64,000 nucleotides of DNA from Alphaproteobacteria bacterium (GTDB lineage Bacteria; Pseudomonadota; Alphaproteobacteria; Bin95). Shown here one piece after another: positions 1 to 9,335 of the stretch. Location of the stretch: assembly GCA_964291285.2 (NCBI GenBank), contig OZ219787.1, positions 1 through 64,000 on the forward strand, read 5' to 3'. The notes beneath the pieces were generated by a model. That model was not told the origin of the DNA and searched no databases. It worked only from the letters and a program-made list of their open reading frames with translations. Each line of letters opens with the position of its first letter. The stretch's first letter is position 1. The position numbers and the translations under genes were made by a program.

Positions 1-36
1 ACACTGCCGGCTTCCCTCGGTGGAACCTCTCGATAG

Positions 37-366
37 TCACCGGGCAATTCCCGTGAACAAGGCAAGCGCGCGATTCACCGCTACCATGTCGGCATCGTCA
101 AGATGTCCGAAAACCTGCCCGATGCGGCGCGTTCCCGCCGAGAAGATCTGATCGATCATGACATAGGAGCGCGTACGCAGACCGTTGCTCCCGGAGGGTT
201 CTACCGGCACGCGTATCAGTGGAACGTCGAGCTCGGTTGAAGTCAGCAATACGACTGTGACCGTCGACGTCAGTTGGGCGAAAAGGTCCGACTGGATCAC
301 CAGCGCCGGGCGCGGTTTGCCGTGTTCGCCCTGCAGCGCAACGGTAACGAGGTCGCCGCGCTTCAC
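37..366 (-). CDS. Type II toxin, PemK/MazF family endoribonuclease
   Basis: MKRGDLVTVALQGEHGKPRPALVIQSD matches the PemK/MazF N-terminal motif; overlaps antitoxin stop. Confidence 0.92.
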   Translation of the reverse strand: MKRGDLVTVALQGEHGKPRPALVIQSDLFAQLTSTVTVVLLTSTELDVPLIRVPVEPSGSNGLRTRSYVMIDQIFSAGTRRIGQVFGHLDDADMVAVNRALALFTGIAR

Positions 367-614
367 TCCTTGTGTCCGGCTTCAAGGGCGTCCAGATGTT
401 CGGCGAGATCGGCGGCAGCGGCGTCCATGAATTGCATGAGCTCCGGGTCGGAACGATTGGCTGCATCGACGATCGCTGCCTGGCGGGCGCACTCTTCGGC
501 AAAGCCGGGGGCGCGGGTATCGGGAACCCAGATCTGTATCGGCCGCAGTCCCTGCGCCCTGAGGCCGGCCCTGCGCTTCTCTATGCGCTGCGCACTGGTG
601 GATGCAGGGGCCAT
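363..614 (-). CDS. Antitoxin, DUF3018/MazE-like
   Basis: LRAQGLRPIQIWVPDTRAPGFAEECARQ is typical of DUF3018; 4-bp overlap with toxin. Confidence 0.9.
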   Translation of the reverse strand: MAPASTSAQRIEKRRAGLRAQGLRPIQIWVPDTRAPGFAEECARQAAIVDAANRSDPELMQFMDAAAADLAEHLDALEAGHKE

Positions 615-735
615 AGCGTACTTCCCAATGAGAGCATAGTGCTACATGTAACGCATTTGACTGTTGTGGGGAAGGTCCCCGGGTCGACTGGCGGGCGGAG
701 CCTTGGAAACGTCATACTGGCCGCCAGGATCGCCC

Positions 736-3700
736 TTATAGGAGCGAGAGACCGCCGTCTTCCTCTTGGGAGATGTTGCGTTTGGCGTTCTCGGTCTGCT
801 CTTCTTCGTCCGTCTTCTTCTTCTTTTCCTGTCCGGGGTCCGGGGTGAGGTTGCGACCTGTCTCCGGGGCTTCTTCGGTTGCTTGCGTCCTGTCCTGGTC
901 CGGGGAAGCGGCGCTTTCCTGACGGGTCCGCCTGGAGGCCTCAATCAGGCGCTCGGAAAGGGATGAGCCGTCGTCGCCGAAGAAGGCGCGGTTGGCGAGG
1001 CGAAGATGCGCGTGGAACCGGCCGAGGCCGGTCCGGAGCGAAGTGACGGACAGTTCGCCTTCGAGTTGGCCGAGCTCGGTGTCGAGGCGGTCGACGGGAG
1101 GCAGTGCGGCCATCCTGTTTTCGAGTGCGGTGAGCGCCTGTTCCAGATCGACGATATGGCGTGCGACGCGGACGTTCTCTTCGGGCAGTGCCGTGTCGCA
1201 GAGGCGTTGGACCTGGTCGCGAAGGCGAATGAGGTCCCTGGCGGTGCCGGCGATATTCTCGTCCAGGCGCTGGTCGATGGTCGCGATCGTGGCGAGGGTG
1301 TCGGCGGCGAGCCCTTCCAAGGCCGCGAATTTCACGCCATTCCGTTCGAGCTCGGGATCGAAGGCATCGGACCCGGCGGCGACGGCCTGGCCGAGCTTCC
1401 GGCCGGTCTCGCGGAGCCGGTCGAGGTGGGCGTCGTCGTAGAGAGCCGGGAGCCCTCCCTCCCTCATGGTCCGCCGCAGATGGCCGCGCAGCTCGACGGC
1501 CTCGCTGGTAAGCTCGAAGAGCTCGGCGGCCGGGGTTTCTATCTGGTGGCGGTATGCGGCCCGGAAGTTTCGTTCGAGGCGCGCGATCATGGTGTCGCCG
1601 AGAGCGCTGTTCGCCCGGGCGGCGTAGTGGGCGAGGTAGGGATCGATCTCGTCTGCGGGCGGGAGGTGGTCGACGATCTTCTGCAGCGCCTCTTGGCGCT
1701 CGCGGATGCCGGTCCAGTCCAGGTTGGGGTCGTGCGGCCCGCTGGTGGCGGCGAAGAGCGCTTTCGCGTCCTCGTGGGTTTCGGCGATGAGGCGGATGAG
1801 GTTGCGGGCCTGGCGGTCGTAGCGGTACGCGGTGCGCTGGTCCTGAAGGATGGAGTTGAGGGTGAGCTGCGAGGATTCGGGGACGGTGCGTTTCTGCAGG
1901 GCTTCGGAGATGCGGTCGACCGCGGCGCGCCAGCCCGGGACGTGGATCGGGAGGATGTTTCGCTCGCGGGCCTGGTCGGCGATCGCGCGCCATTCGGACT
2001 CGAAGGACCTGAGGTGCTCGTCCTGGGAGGGTGTAGCGGCCGCTGCCTTGAACTCGCGCTGGCGCTCCGCGTATTCGTGGATCCAATCGACGAGGCCTTC
2101 GCGGGTGATGCCGGCGCGGTCCGCGGCCTTGCGGTGCTGGTGGCGCTTGACGATGCGCCGGAGCGCCTGGCGGGCCCGGTCGAGGAGGGAGCGGTGGGTC
2201 CGGAGCGCTTCGAGATATGTCGGACTGCGGACGGCGCTGGCTTTTGCGGCGAGGCGCTCGCGTTCCGTGACAGCGCGGTAGCTTTTCTTGATGGCTTCGA
2301 TGGTCTCGGAGAGCTGCTCGTATGATTCCGTGTGGTTGCGGTCGACGGCGTCCTGTTCGGCGGTGCGGATGAGCTCGTCGAGGAAGGGCGTTTCGCGGTC
2401 GGGTGAGCGGTTGGCGCGCAGCCAGTTGACGGCTGACAGGCTTCCGGGCGGGCGGGGCCGGACCGCGCGCTTGTAGTAGCCGGCGGGTGCGTGCGGTGTT
2501 GCCTCTTCGGGATCGGCCGGGGGCGGCGTTTCGAGTGCGCCGGCGCGGTCCTCTGGGGAGAGGATGAAGTCGAGTGCGGCTTTTTTCGGGTCGGACCGGG
2601 ACCATAGCGTGGCGAGGTGGTCGAGGACGTCTTCGTCCGTGGTGTCGCGCTGGTGTTCGTATTCGGGGCGCCTTTCGGCGACCGTCATCCGGATCGGCTC
2701 GCTGTTCACATAGACGTCGAGGCGGTCGCGGTGCCGGGTGAGGCTCGGATAGACGGTCTCCAGCGCCGGGCGGTCGTCGGCGAGGACATAGGCATGGTCG
2801 ACGGTCGCGCCCTGGGCGGAGGAGAAGGTGAGCGCATATCCGTAGTCGAGCCTTGGCAGTCCGTGAAGGCCCGCGCCGGGGCTCCAGTCGCGGACCTGGT
2901 CGGGATCGAAGGTGAAGAGTTTCCCGTCGTCCCTGCGGGCGGTGATGACGTGCCGGACCTGCCCGCTCTTGTTCCGAATGGGGTTGCCTTCCGTGTCCCT
3001 GGGCGTCTCGATTTTCTCGACGGTGACGAGGTTGCCGGTGTCGAGGCCGAGGTCTCGGCAGGGAGTCCGGATGACGAGGCGCTCGCCGGTCGTGACGAGG
3101 ATCTTGCGTGGATTGCTGTGCCGGGTCTCGGAGTTGTCGCCGGCGACGGTGATCGTGACTTCGCCGGTGCGCTGCTCTTCGGTGAGGGCGCGCTTGCGCA
3201 GATGCGGGGTGAGAGCGCCGATCTCGTCGTGGGTGCGTGCGATGACGAGGGTGGACCGATCGGGCGCTTCCTGGCGGTGTCTGTCCCAGTCCTCGACGAG
3301 CTGCAGCAGCGTCTCTTCAAGATGGGCGCCGAGATGGAACCGGTCGCGTTCCCGGTAGGCGGCGATGGTTTTTGCGACGCTCTCCTTCGCTTCCTGCTTG
3401 TCGTCGACGAACCCGTCTCGCAGGTTTGACGAGGCCGTGATCTGCCAGGGGACGAAGCGGGGCGCGTCGCTGTCGGCGCGGTATTCCTGGACGATCTGCT
3501 CCCGCTCGGCATGGGTCATCGCCGCCAGGCGTTCGCGCGCTTCGGCCGCGGTGATGCCTTTGGTGTGAACGAGGACGTCCTCGGCGTCCGCGCGTTGGCG
3601 CCGTATCTGGGTGACGAGGACGCTTCCGGTGACGCTTCGCAGGAGACGCAGTCCCGGCCCCGCTCCGATGGGTTGCTGCTGCCTGGTATCGCCGGCCCAG

Positions 3701-5430
3701 ATGATGCTGGCGCCGGTCTCCTCGGCGATTTCGAGGAGCTGTGCCGTGTGCTCGACCTGCAGCTGTCCTGCTTCGTCAACGATGATGAGCGACGTCTCGT
3801 CGAGTTCGAGCTGGCCCTTCCGGTATTTGTTGAGGAGCGTCATCAGGCACCAGGCCGGGATATGCGCGACGGCCCCGAGCGCGTTCGCGTTCCGCCAGGC
3901 CTGGGCGGTGCCGTAGACCTTCCAGCCCGCTTCGCGGGCGATGTCCGCGACGGGCGTGAGCGTCGTCGTCTTGCCCGAGCCGGCGGCGCCTTCGATGACG
4001 GTGTTGCGGCCTCCGGTGGTTGCGATCCGGACCGCCCTCGCCTGCTCGGCGCTCAGCGGTTCCCCCTTTTCGGTCAGCATGTCGAGGTGGCTGTTGACGA
4101 GTTCGGGGGGGATATCTTCGGAGGGCTGGACGGCGAGGGACTGTGCGAGGCGTCGGATATCGCGCTCACGGTCGAGATGCGCCCTGGTTGTGAAGACCCG
4201 GGTCTGGGCCATGTTTGCCTTGACGTCGGGACCTTCTCCCCAGCGGTCGAGTTCGAGCACGTCGCGGCGGTCGAGGACCTGCGATGCGACGGCTTCGATC
4301 TGCTCGGGGGCGAGCAAGCCGGGCATGATGTGGGCGATCCGCTGCATGACATCGGTGATGTGCCAGACCGCTTCGTTCTGCGTGAGCGCGCCTGGAATCT
4401 TCTGGAGGAGTTCGCGGACTTCGGCTTCGTCCTCCTCGGTGATGCTGTGCCGGGGCATGGCGTCGAGGACGGCCTGGACGTCTTCGACGAACCGGGCGCG
4501 GTCGAAGGCCCAGAAGAGAAGGCGGCCGACGGGATCGAGGCTGTGGTCCTTACCGGCTCGCGTGGCCTTGTTGATGCGTTGAGCGCCCGTTGGGTTGTCG
4601 GAGGTGGAGAATCCCTGGGCCTTTGCCGCGCTGACAATTTGCTTGCGTCGGGTGGACCAGTGATCCTGGAGGTCTTCGGGCACCCCGCGTATCCGGAAGA
4701 ACTCGCCATCGCGGCCGTGCCGCTCGACGGCGAGGCCGAGGCGCTGGGTGATGTTCCAGGCGAGCGCCAGGCGGTAGATGGAACCGGCAGTCTTGTACCA
4801 CTCGTAGAGCGGCTTCGCGTGCAGCGATCGCCACTTGCCGTCGTCGGCAAGCGCGGCGTTGAAGACGATGCAGTGGGTATGGAGCTGCGGCTCGTTCTCG
4901 CGCGATGACTGATGCTGGAAGGTTGCCGCCATGATCTTGGCGGGGAGGTCTTCGAGCTCTCCGTCATCGCCGCGGCGCCGGGTCCATGCGCAGTGTTTGT
5001 TGACGATGAGGTCGAGCGTGGAGCGCACGGCGTCGTCATGGGCGCGGGCGAGCTCGCGGTGCATGTGGTCGTCTTCGCCATGCGCCATCGCCCAGAGGGT
5101 GGAGACGGACTTGTCGGCGCTGAAGGTGAGGTCGAACGCGGCGACCCGGGTATCGCTGCCGGCGTTGCGGGTGAGCTTTACCTCGTCGCCGAGGTCGTTC
5201 GGGTCGTCGGGATTGAAGGGCGCGTAGCCCTGGTGGAGCCGGTAGAAGGCTTTGGCGTCGACGCGGCGCCCGTCCTCCAGGCCGAACAGCCCGTGCGGGT
5301 TGTACCAGACGCCGTCCGGCTCCTCGCCGCCGGTATAGTACTCCCCGGCCGGCCGGTGCGATGCCTGTGAGTGGATGTAGTAGTCGGCGGCGTCCCGGGA
5401 GCTTGAGACCTGTGCGAGGGTTCCGACCAT
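736..5430 (-). CDS. MOBF (TrwC/TraA-type) conjugative relaxase-helicase
   Basis: N-terminal DYY...EYY tyrosines, FDLTFSADKSVS, HxxSRxxxPQLHTH HUH motif, helicase GAAGSGKTT / DEAG / YALTFSSAQGAT; long C-terminal extension. Confidence 0.93.
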   Translation of the reverse strand: MVGTLAQVSSSRDAADYYIHSQASHRPAGEYYTGGEEPDGVWYNPHGLFGLEDGRRVDAKAFYRLHQGYAPFNPDDPNDLGDEVKLTRNAGSDTRVAAFDLTFSADKSVSTLWAMAHGEDDHMHRELARAHDDAVRSTLDLIVNKHCAWTRRRGDDGELEDLPAKIMAATFQHQSSRENEPQLHTHCIVFNAALADDGKWRSLHAKPLYEWYKTAGSIYRLALAWNITQRLGLAVERHGRDGEFFRIRGVPEDLQDHWSTRRKQIVSAAKAQGFSTSDNPTGAQRINKATRAGKDHSLDPVGRLLFWAFDRARFVEDVQAVLDAMPRHSITEEDEAEVRELLQKIPGALTQNEAVWHITDVMQRIAHIMPGLLAPEQIEAVASQVLDRRDVLELDRWGEGPDVKANMAQTRVFTTRAHLDRERDIRRLAQSLAVQPSEDIPPELVNSHLDMLTEKGEPLSAEQARAVRIATTGGRNTVIEGAAGSGKTTTLTPVADIAREAGWKVYGTAQAWRNANALGAVAHIPAWCLMTLLNKYRKGQLELDETSLIIVDEAGQLQVEHTAQLLEIAEETGASIIWAGDTRQQQPIGAGPGLRLLRSVTGSVLVTQIRRQRADAEDVLVHTKGITAAEARERLAAMTHAEREQIVQEYRADSDAPRFVPWQITASSNLRDGFVDDKQEAKESVAKTIAAYRERDRFHLGAHLEETLLQLVEDWDRHRQEAPDRSTLVIARTHDEIGALTPHLRKRALTEEQRTGEVTITVAGDNSETRHSNPRKILVTTGERLVIRTPCRDLGLDTGNLVTVEKIETPRDTEGNPIRNKSGQVRHVITARRDDGKLFTFDPDQVRDWSPGAGLHGLPRLDYGYALTFSSAQGATVDHAYVLADDRPALETVYPSLTRHRDRLDVYVNSEPIRMTVAERRPEYEHQRDTTDEDVLDHLATLWSRSDPKKAALDFILSPEDRAGALETPPPADPEEATPHAPAGYYKRAVRPRPPGSLSAVNWLRANRSPDRETPFLDELIRTAEQDAVDRNHTESYEQLSETIEAIKKSYRAVTERERLAAKASAVRSPTYLEALRTHRSLLDRARQALRRIVKRHQHRKAADRAGITREGLVDWIHEYAERQREFKAAAATPSQDEHLRSFESEWRAIADQARERNILPIHVPGWRAAVDRISEALQKRTVPESSQLTLNSILQDQRTAYRYDRQARNLIRLIAETHEDAKALFAATSGPHDPNLDWTGIRERQEALQKIVDHLPPADEIDPYLAHYAARANSALGDTMIARLERNFRAAYRHQIETPAAELFELTSEAVELRGHLRRTMREGGLPALYDDAHLDRLRETGRKLGQAVAAGSDAFDPELERNGVKFAALEGLAADTLATIATIDQRLDENIAGTARDLIRLRDQVQRLCDTALPEENVRVARHIVDLEQALTALENRMAALPPVDRLDTELGQLEGELSVTSLRTGLGRFHAHLRLANRAFFGDDGSSLSERLIEASRRTRQESAASPDQDRTQATEEAPETGRNLTPDPGQEKKKKTDEEEQTENAKRNISQEEDGGLSLL

Positions 5431-5439
5431 TGCCGGGGC

Positions 5440-5643
5440 TCAGCGTTCGACCTTGCGGGCGTGGTGGGCGGTGCAGAAGGCGCGGATGGCCTGCTGGATC
5501 GCGCGGCTCCGGGATATGCCGAGCTCGGCAGCGGTGATTCTCAGCGACTGCAGTTCGTAGTCGGTGAGATAGACGTACTGGCGCTTTCTGGACGTCGATG
5601 TTGGTCCGAGCCGACGGGGCTGGAATTTTCGAGCGGGCGTCAT
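5440..5643 (-). CDS. Ribbon-helix-helix relaxosome accessory protein (CopG/TrwA-like)
   Basis: RQYVYLTDYELQSLRITAAELGISRSRAIQQAI beta-helix-helix pattern directly upstream of the relaxase. Confidence 0.7.
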   Translation of the reverse strand: MTPARKFQPRRLGPTSTSRKRQYVYLTDYELQSLRITAAELGISRSRAIQQAIRAFCTAHHARKVER

Positions 5644-5659
5644 GTGGCGGTGTCTTGGT

Positions 5660-5900
5660 GCTCGGAGTTGCGAAATGCACCCATTTCGTTTGAGCAATTT
5701 TTGTGAAGAAAATTCCGGGTATTGAGGGAGTTATTTACGCCGAAGTGTTCCAAAACACATCCATGTGCAAGGGTGTGTGAACCAATTTGCTTGTTATCAG
5801 GCAGGGTCATGATGGGGTTCGCTACGGGATGGGATCATGGAAGGCATGATGATGGAAGATGGAGATGGGGGCAAGGGGTTGCGAAATGGAGTCCTGAGAG
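5660..5900. other. Candidate oriT region
   Basis: Low-GC gap between divergent mob-like genes; perfect IR CGAAATG-N4-CATTTCG (5671-5688), IR ACACATCC-N8-GGGTGTGT (~5755-5778), direct repeat GTTGCGAAATG (~5667, ~5878). Confidence 0.55.
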
Positions 5901-5957
5901 GGATATAGGATGTCGATGAATCCGGGCATGGATGAGAAGAAAGGAAGGAGGAATCAA

Positions 5958-6239
5958 ATGGTGCAAAATACCAACAAAGGTCGTCGTAATCGCAGGAGAC
6001 AGGTCAGGGAGGCAGACATAGACTTCGAAGGGATCGCAGAAGAACTTGCGAAGGTAAAGCCGAAGACGATCATGGTGAGCGATGCTCTGGAACGTCTGAT
6101 TGCGGATCTTTCCAAGGGTCGGGAGCGTGGGCTTCTGGTGGAGCAGATCGTAGAGATATGCCGGAAACGCGGTCTCGATGTGGACGAGGAGGAAGTGCGG
6201 GAGACGCTGGAAAACGCGGCGGAGCGAGCGGCGGGATGA
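5958..6239 (+). CDS. Small helical protein divergent from the relaxase, MobC-like
   Basis: AGGAGG RBS; ALERLIADLSKGRERGLLVEQIVEICRKRG resembles oriT-flanking MobC-type proteins. Confidence 0.55.
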   Translation: MVQNTNKGRRNRRRQVREADIDFEGIAEELAKVKPKTIMVSDALERLIADLSKGRERGLLVEQIVEICRKRGLDVDEEEVRETLENAAERAAG

Positions 6240-6354
6240 GGCGTTCGCGTTAGGAAAGAGTATTTCAAAGATGCAGGAAGCGGGGCGATACAAAGTAGTG
6301 ATCGTCCCGCTTTTGATTCTGGCGGGGCGGTGTCGAGATACCCGAACGCGGAGC

Positions 6355-6387
6355 AAAAAAGGGGCCGCCGCTGGGAAGCGACGGCCC
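6355..6387 (-). terminator. Rho-independent terminator (family copy 1)
   Basis: GGGCCGTCGCT-loop-AGCGGCGGCCCC followed by T6 on the minus strand. Confidence 0.8.
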
Positions 6388-6393
6388 GTGGTA

Positions 6394-6921
6394 TCAGGCG
6401 AAACTCGGATTGGCGTGTACGTGTTCGACGACGCGAGGCAGAAGCTCGGAGGGATCGGAGACCTCGAACCGGGTCACCGGGTCCGACAGGATGAGGACGG
6501 AGTACAGGGCGCCGTCGGGAGCGCCGGCGTCGGCGAGGGTTGCGATCTCGCCGATGCGTCGGCCGCCGCGGTGGATGTGGGACTGGGCCGGGGAGACGCG
6601 GTGGAAGCAGATGCCGGTTTCGGAGGAACAGCCCGGGCAGGCAGGGGGGTGGTCGCCGCGCGGACGGAGCGCAAGGGGGCCGGATTCGTCACGGACGCCG
6701 TCCTGGTCAAGGCGAAGAGTAAGCAGGGGTTCGCCGTCTGCGAGGCCCGCAGGGGAGGCCCGGTGGATGCTGTAGACGGCGCCGTATTCGCGGTACTGGT
6801 AGAAGCCGAGGAGGATGTCTTCGTAGGCGAAGAACAGGGCATCGTGTGGGTACGATCCCGAGCGGGCGTGCTGGGTGTCGGTGGCCGGAACTGCGTATTT
6901 GACGATGTACGAACTGGCCAT
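6394..6921 (-). CDS. Hypothetical protein (175 aa)
   Basis: GGGAGG RBS, ATG at 6921, followed by a terminator. Confidence 0.7.
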   Translation of the reverse strand: MASSYIVKYAVPATDTQHARSGSYPHDALFFAYEDILLGFYQYREYGAVYSIHRASPAGLADGEPLLTLRLDQDGVRDESGPLALRPRGDHPPACPGCSSETGICFHRVSPAQSHIHRGGRRIGEIATLADAGAPDGALYSVLILSDPVTRFEVSDPSELLPRVVEHVHANPSFA

Positions 6922-7255
6922 GGGAACCTCCCGGGTTTGAGTTGCCAATGCGAAGCTTTGCTGTTCTTCGGTGGGTCGGAGCCTCATCCGCGGGCGTGAG
7001 AGAGGAGGGCGCCGAAGGCCCCCAGGGCGGCGGGGGAGAGCGCGAGAAAGAGCGCGAGGGAAAGTGAAATGCGGCCGGCTTCGACCAGAGGTTCGAGCGC
7101 CTGCGCGGAGCAGATCGCGTAGGGAATGCCGGGGAGGAGGAAGCAAAGGAGGAAGCGAACGGGTGCGGGGCGCATCGGTGATCTCCCGGAATTAGGTTCA
7201 TTGCCGGAAGAGTTTTCCTGCGACTCTCGGAATGCGAAGGACCGGGAGAGGCGGC

Positions 7256-7287
7256 AAAAAAAGGCCGCCGCTGGTTAGCGACGGCCC
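7256..7287 (-). terminator. Rho-independent terminator (family copy 2)
   Basis: Same stem as 6355-6387, T7 tail. Confidence 0.8.
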
Positions 7288-7323
7288 GAGTTGGGGAGGG
7301 AGGAACGAAGGGGATGACGGTGC

Positions 7324-7758
7324 TCAGAAGGGAGGAGCGTGGGGGTCGATGCCGCCGTCGTTGACGCCGGTGGGTTCCGGCGCGGCAGCAGCCTGCTGGG
7401 CGCCGTTCGGCTTGTCGAGGAAGGAGACCTGGCTGCCCGGAACGATCATGATCTCGGTCGCGTAGCGGTCGGTCTGCTCGCCTTCCTTGCGGTAGCTGCG
7501 GGTCTGCAGCTTGCCCTCGACGTAGACGAGGCGGCCCTTGTGGGCATGCTTCTCGAACATCGAGACGAGACCCTCGGAGAAGGTGACGACCTGGTGCCAC
7601 TCCTGGTCGTTGACGCGCTCGCCGGTCTGCTTGGAGACGTAGCTCTCGTCGGTGGCGACCCGCAGTTTGGCGATCCTGGTGCCGTTGGAGAGGGTGACGA
7701 TTTCGGCGTTGGCGCCGAGGCGGCCGATGAGTGCGACCTTGTTCAGTCCGAAAGCCAT
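7324..7758 (-). CDS. ssb: Single-stranded DNA-binding protein, copy A
   Basis: LNKVALIGRLG...EWHQVV...VYVEGKLQTR OB-fold motifs; AAGGAGG RBS. Confidence 0.95.
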   Translation of the reverse strand: MAFGLNKVALIGRLGANAEIVTLSNGTRIAKLRVATDESYVSKQTGERVNDQEWHQVVTFSEGLVSMFEKHAHKGRLVYVEGKLQTRSYRKEGEQTDRYATEIMIVPGSQVSFLDKPNGAQQAAAAPEPTGVNDGGIDPHAPPF

Positions 7759-7848
7759 GATGGCCTCCTTGTTTGACGATGGCTGAAAGAGAACCGACCG
7801 ACCTGATCGTCCGACCCGGTCACCGCTCGGTTCGAAGAAGCGCAAGCT

Positions 7849-8301
7849 TCACTCAAACTCATTTGCCGAGGCGGCGCCCCGGGCGATGGAGGGAGTGAAG
7901 AGGGGTTCGGCGATTCCGGGATCGGGGGTGGCGTTTGTCGGCAGGGCGAAGGTGACGATGAGGACCCGCAGGATGACGACGGTGACGATGACGGCCGCGA
8001 GGAAGCGGTAGATGCGCCAGGCCAGGCGGCCGAAGCGGAGGAGGTCGTCTTCGACGGCGTAGAGGTATTCGACGACGCGGCGGTGCAGCGTGAGCGGGCG
8101 GGGGAACGGCGGCACGGGATCGCAGCGGTCGAAGTCGAATTTGATGGTGGGACGCCGGCCGGCGAGGACCTCGGCGTTGTGGTTGCGCACGGCGCTGGAG
8201 AGGACGGCGTGGACGGCGGCGTCGGTTTCGGGGAGGTCGGAGGGACCGAGATTGACGACGGCAAGCGTGCCGTCCGGCGAGGTGGCGATGCGGAATGTCA
8301 T
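7849..8301 (-). CDS. Hypothetical protein with one C-terminal TM helix
   Basis: GGGAGA RBS; hydrophobic FLAAVIVTVVILRVLIVTFAL; stop codon lies inside repeat A. Confidence 0.65.
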   Translation of the reverse strand: MTFRIATSPDGTLAVVNLGPSDLPETDAAVHAVLSSAVRNHNAEVLAGRRPTIKFDFDRCDPVPPFPRPLTLHRRVVEYLYAVEDDLLRFGRLAWRIYRFLAAVIVTVVILRVLIVTFALPTNATPDPGIAEPLFTPSIARGAASANEFE

Positions 8302-8381
8302 GAGCGGTCTCCCGGCGTTCGGTTCGCCGGGCGAACGGCTTTCCTGTGGCTCAGGGACAGTGCGGGACGCGGGTAGGCGGC

Positions 8382-8413
8382 AAAAAAGGGCCGCCGCTGG
8401 GTAGCGACGGCCC
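8382..8413 (-). terminator. Rho-independent terminator (family copy 3)
   Basis: Same stem as copies 1 and 2. Confidence 0.8.
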
Positions 8414-8449
8414 GAGTTGGGGAGGGAGGAACGAAGGGGTTGACGGTGC

Positions 8450-8884
8450 TCAGAAGGGAGGGGCGTCGGGGTCGATGCCGCCGTCGTTGACGCCGGTCGG
8501 TTCCGGGGCGGCAGCAGCCTGCTGGGCGCCGTTCGGCTTGTCGAGGAAGGAGACCTGGCTGCCCGGAACGATCATGATCTCGGTCGCGTAGCGGTCGGTC
8601 TGCTCGCCTTCCTTGCGGTAGCTGCGGGTCTGCAGCTTGCCCTCGACGTAGACGAGGCGGCCCTTGTGGGCATGCTTCTCGAACATCGAGACGAGACCCT
8701 CGGAGAAGGTGACGACCTGGTGCCACTCCTGGTCGTTGACGCGCTCGCCGGTCTGCTTGGAGACGTAGCTCTCGTCGGTGGCGACCCGCAGTTTGGCGAT
8801 CCTGGTGCCGTTGGAGAGGGTGACGATTTCGGCGTTGGCGCCGAGGCGGCCGATGAGTGCGACCTTGTTCAGTCCGAAAGCCAT
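8450..8884 (-). CDS. ssb: Single-stranded DNA-binding protein, copy B
   Basis: Identical to copy A except H/D in the tail. Confidence 0.95.
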   Translation of the reverse strand: MAFGLNKVALIGRLGANAEIVTLSNGTRIAKLRVATDESYVSKQTGERVNDQEWHQVVTFSEGLVSMFEKHAHKGRLVYVEGKLQTRSYRKEGEQTDRYATEIMIVPGSQVSFLDKPNGAQQAAAAPEPTGVNDGGIDPDAPPF

Positions 8885-8974
8885 GATGGCCTCCTTGTTT
8901 GACGATGGCTGAAAGAGAACCGATCGACCGAGCCTTGCGACCCGGTCATCGTTCGGTTCGAAAAAGCGCAAGCT

Positions 8975-9145
8975 TCACTCAAACTCAGGCCGGATGTTGT
9001 CGGCGGGACCGATCCAGAGCGGGGGAAGCACGTCGCGGATCTCGCGGGTGGACAGGCCGATTTCCGCGAGGAGTTCCGAGGTGTTTGCCGGTTCGTGCTC
9101 CGCGGACGTGGGAGCGGGATCGCGTTCGAGGGTATCGATATACAT
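8975..9145 (-). CDS. Small hypothetical protein (56 aa; not in ORF track)
   Basis: MYIDTLERDPAPTSAEHEPANTSELLAEIGLSTREIRDVLPPLWIGPADNIRPEFE*, purine-rich RBS; stop codon lies inside repeat B. Confidence 0.55.
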   Translation of the reverse strand: MYIDTLERDPAPTSAEHEPANTSELLAEIGLSTREIRDVLPPLWIGPADNIRPEFE

Positions 9146-9335
9146 GGCAGCCCTTTCTTCTGCAGCCCGGTAATCCAGGCGGTTGCTGAGTTGGGGCTTT
9201 CCTTAATCTTGGTGGCTGAGGGAGCGCGCTCAGGAGCGGTGAATGCAGGGGCGCGGATCGTGCGAGGCGCGGCTGAGGGGCAGGGTTATGCCGGATTGCA
9301 CGACCCTGCCGTTCCACCTTCAGGTGCAAGAACGG

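Larger units (their letters stand above)
7250..7861. repeat. Direct repeat copy A (~610 bp: hairpin leader + ssb + terminator)
   Basis: Near-identical to ~8376-8987. Confidence 0.92.
8376..8987. repeat. Direct repeat copy B
   Basis: Near-identical to ~7250-7861 (offset 1126 bp). Confidence 0.92.

Noticed and set aside
941-4908. Long alternative ORFs overlapping the relaxase (554, 439 and 465 aa)
   Set aside because: Shadow frames of a GC-rich gene; Arg/Pro-rich or antisense, with no motifs.
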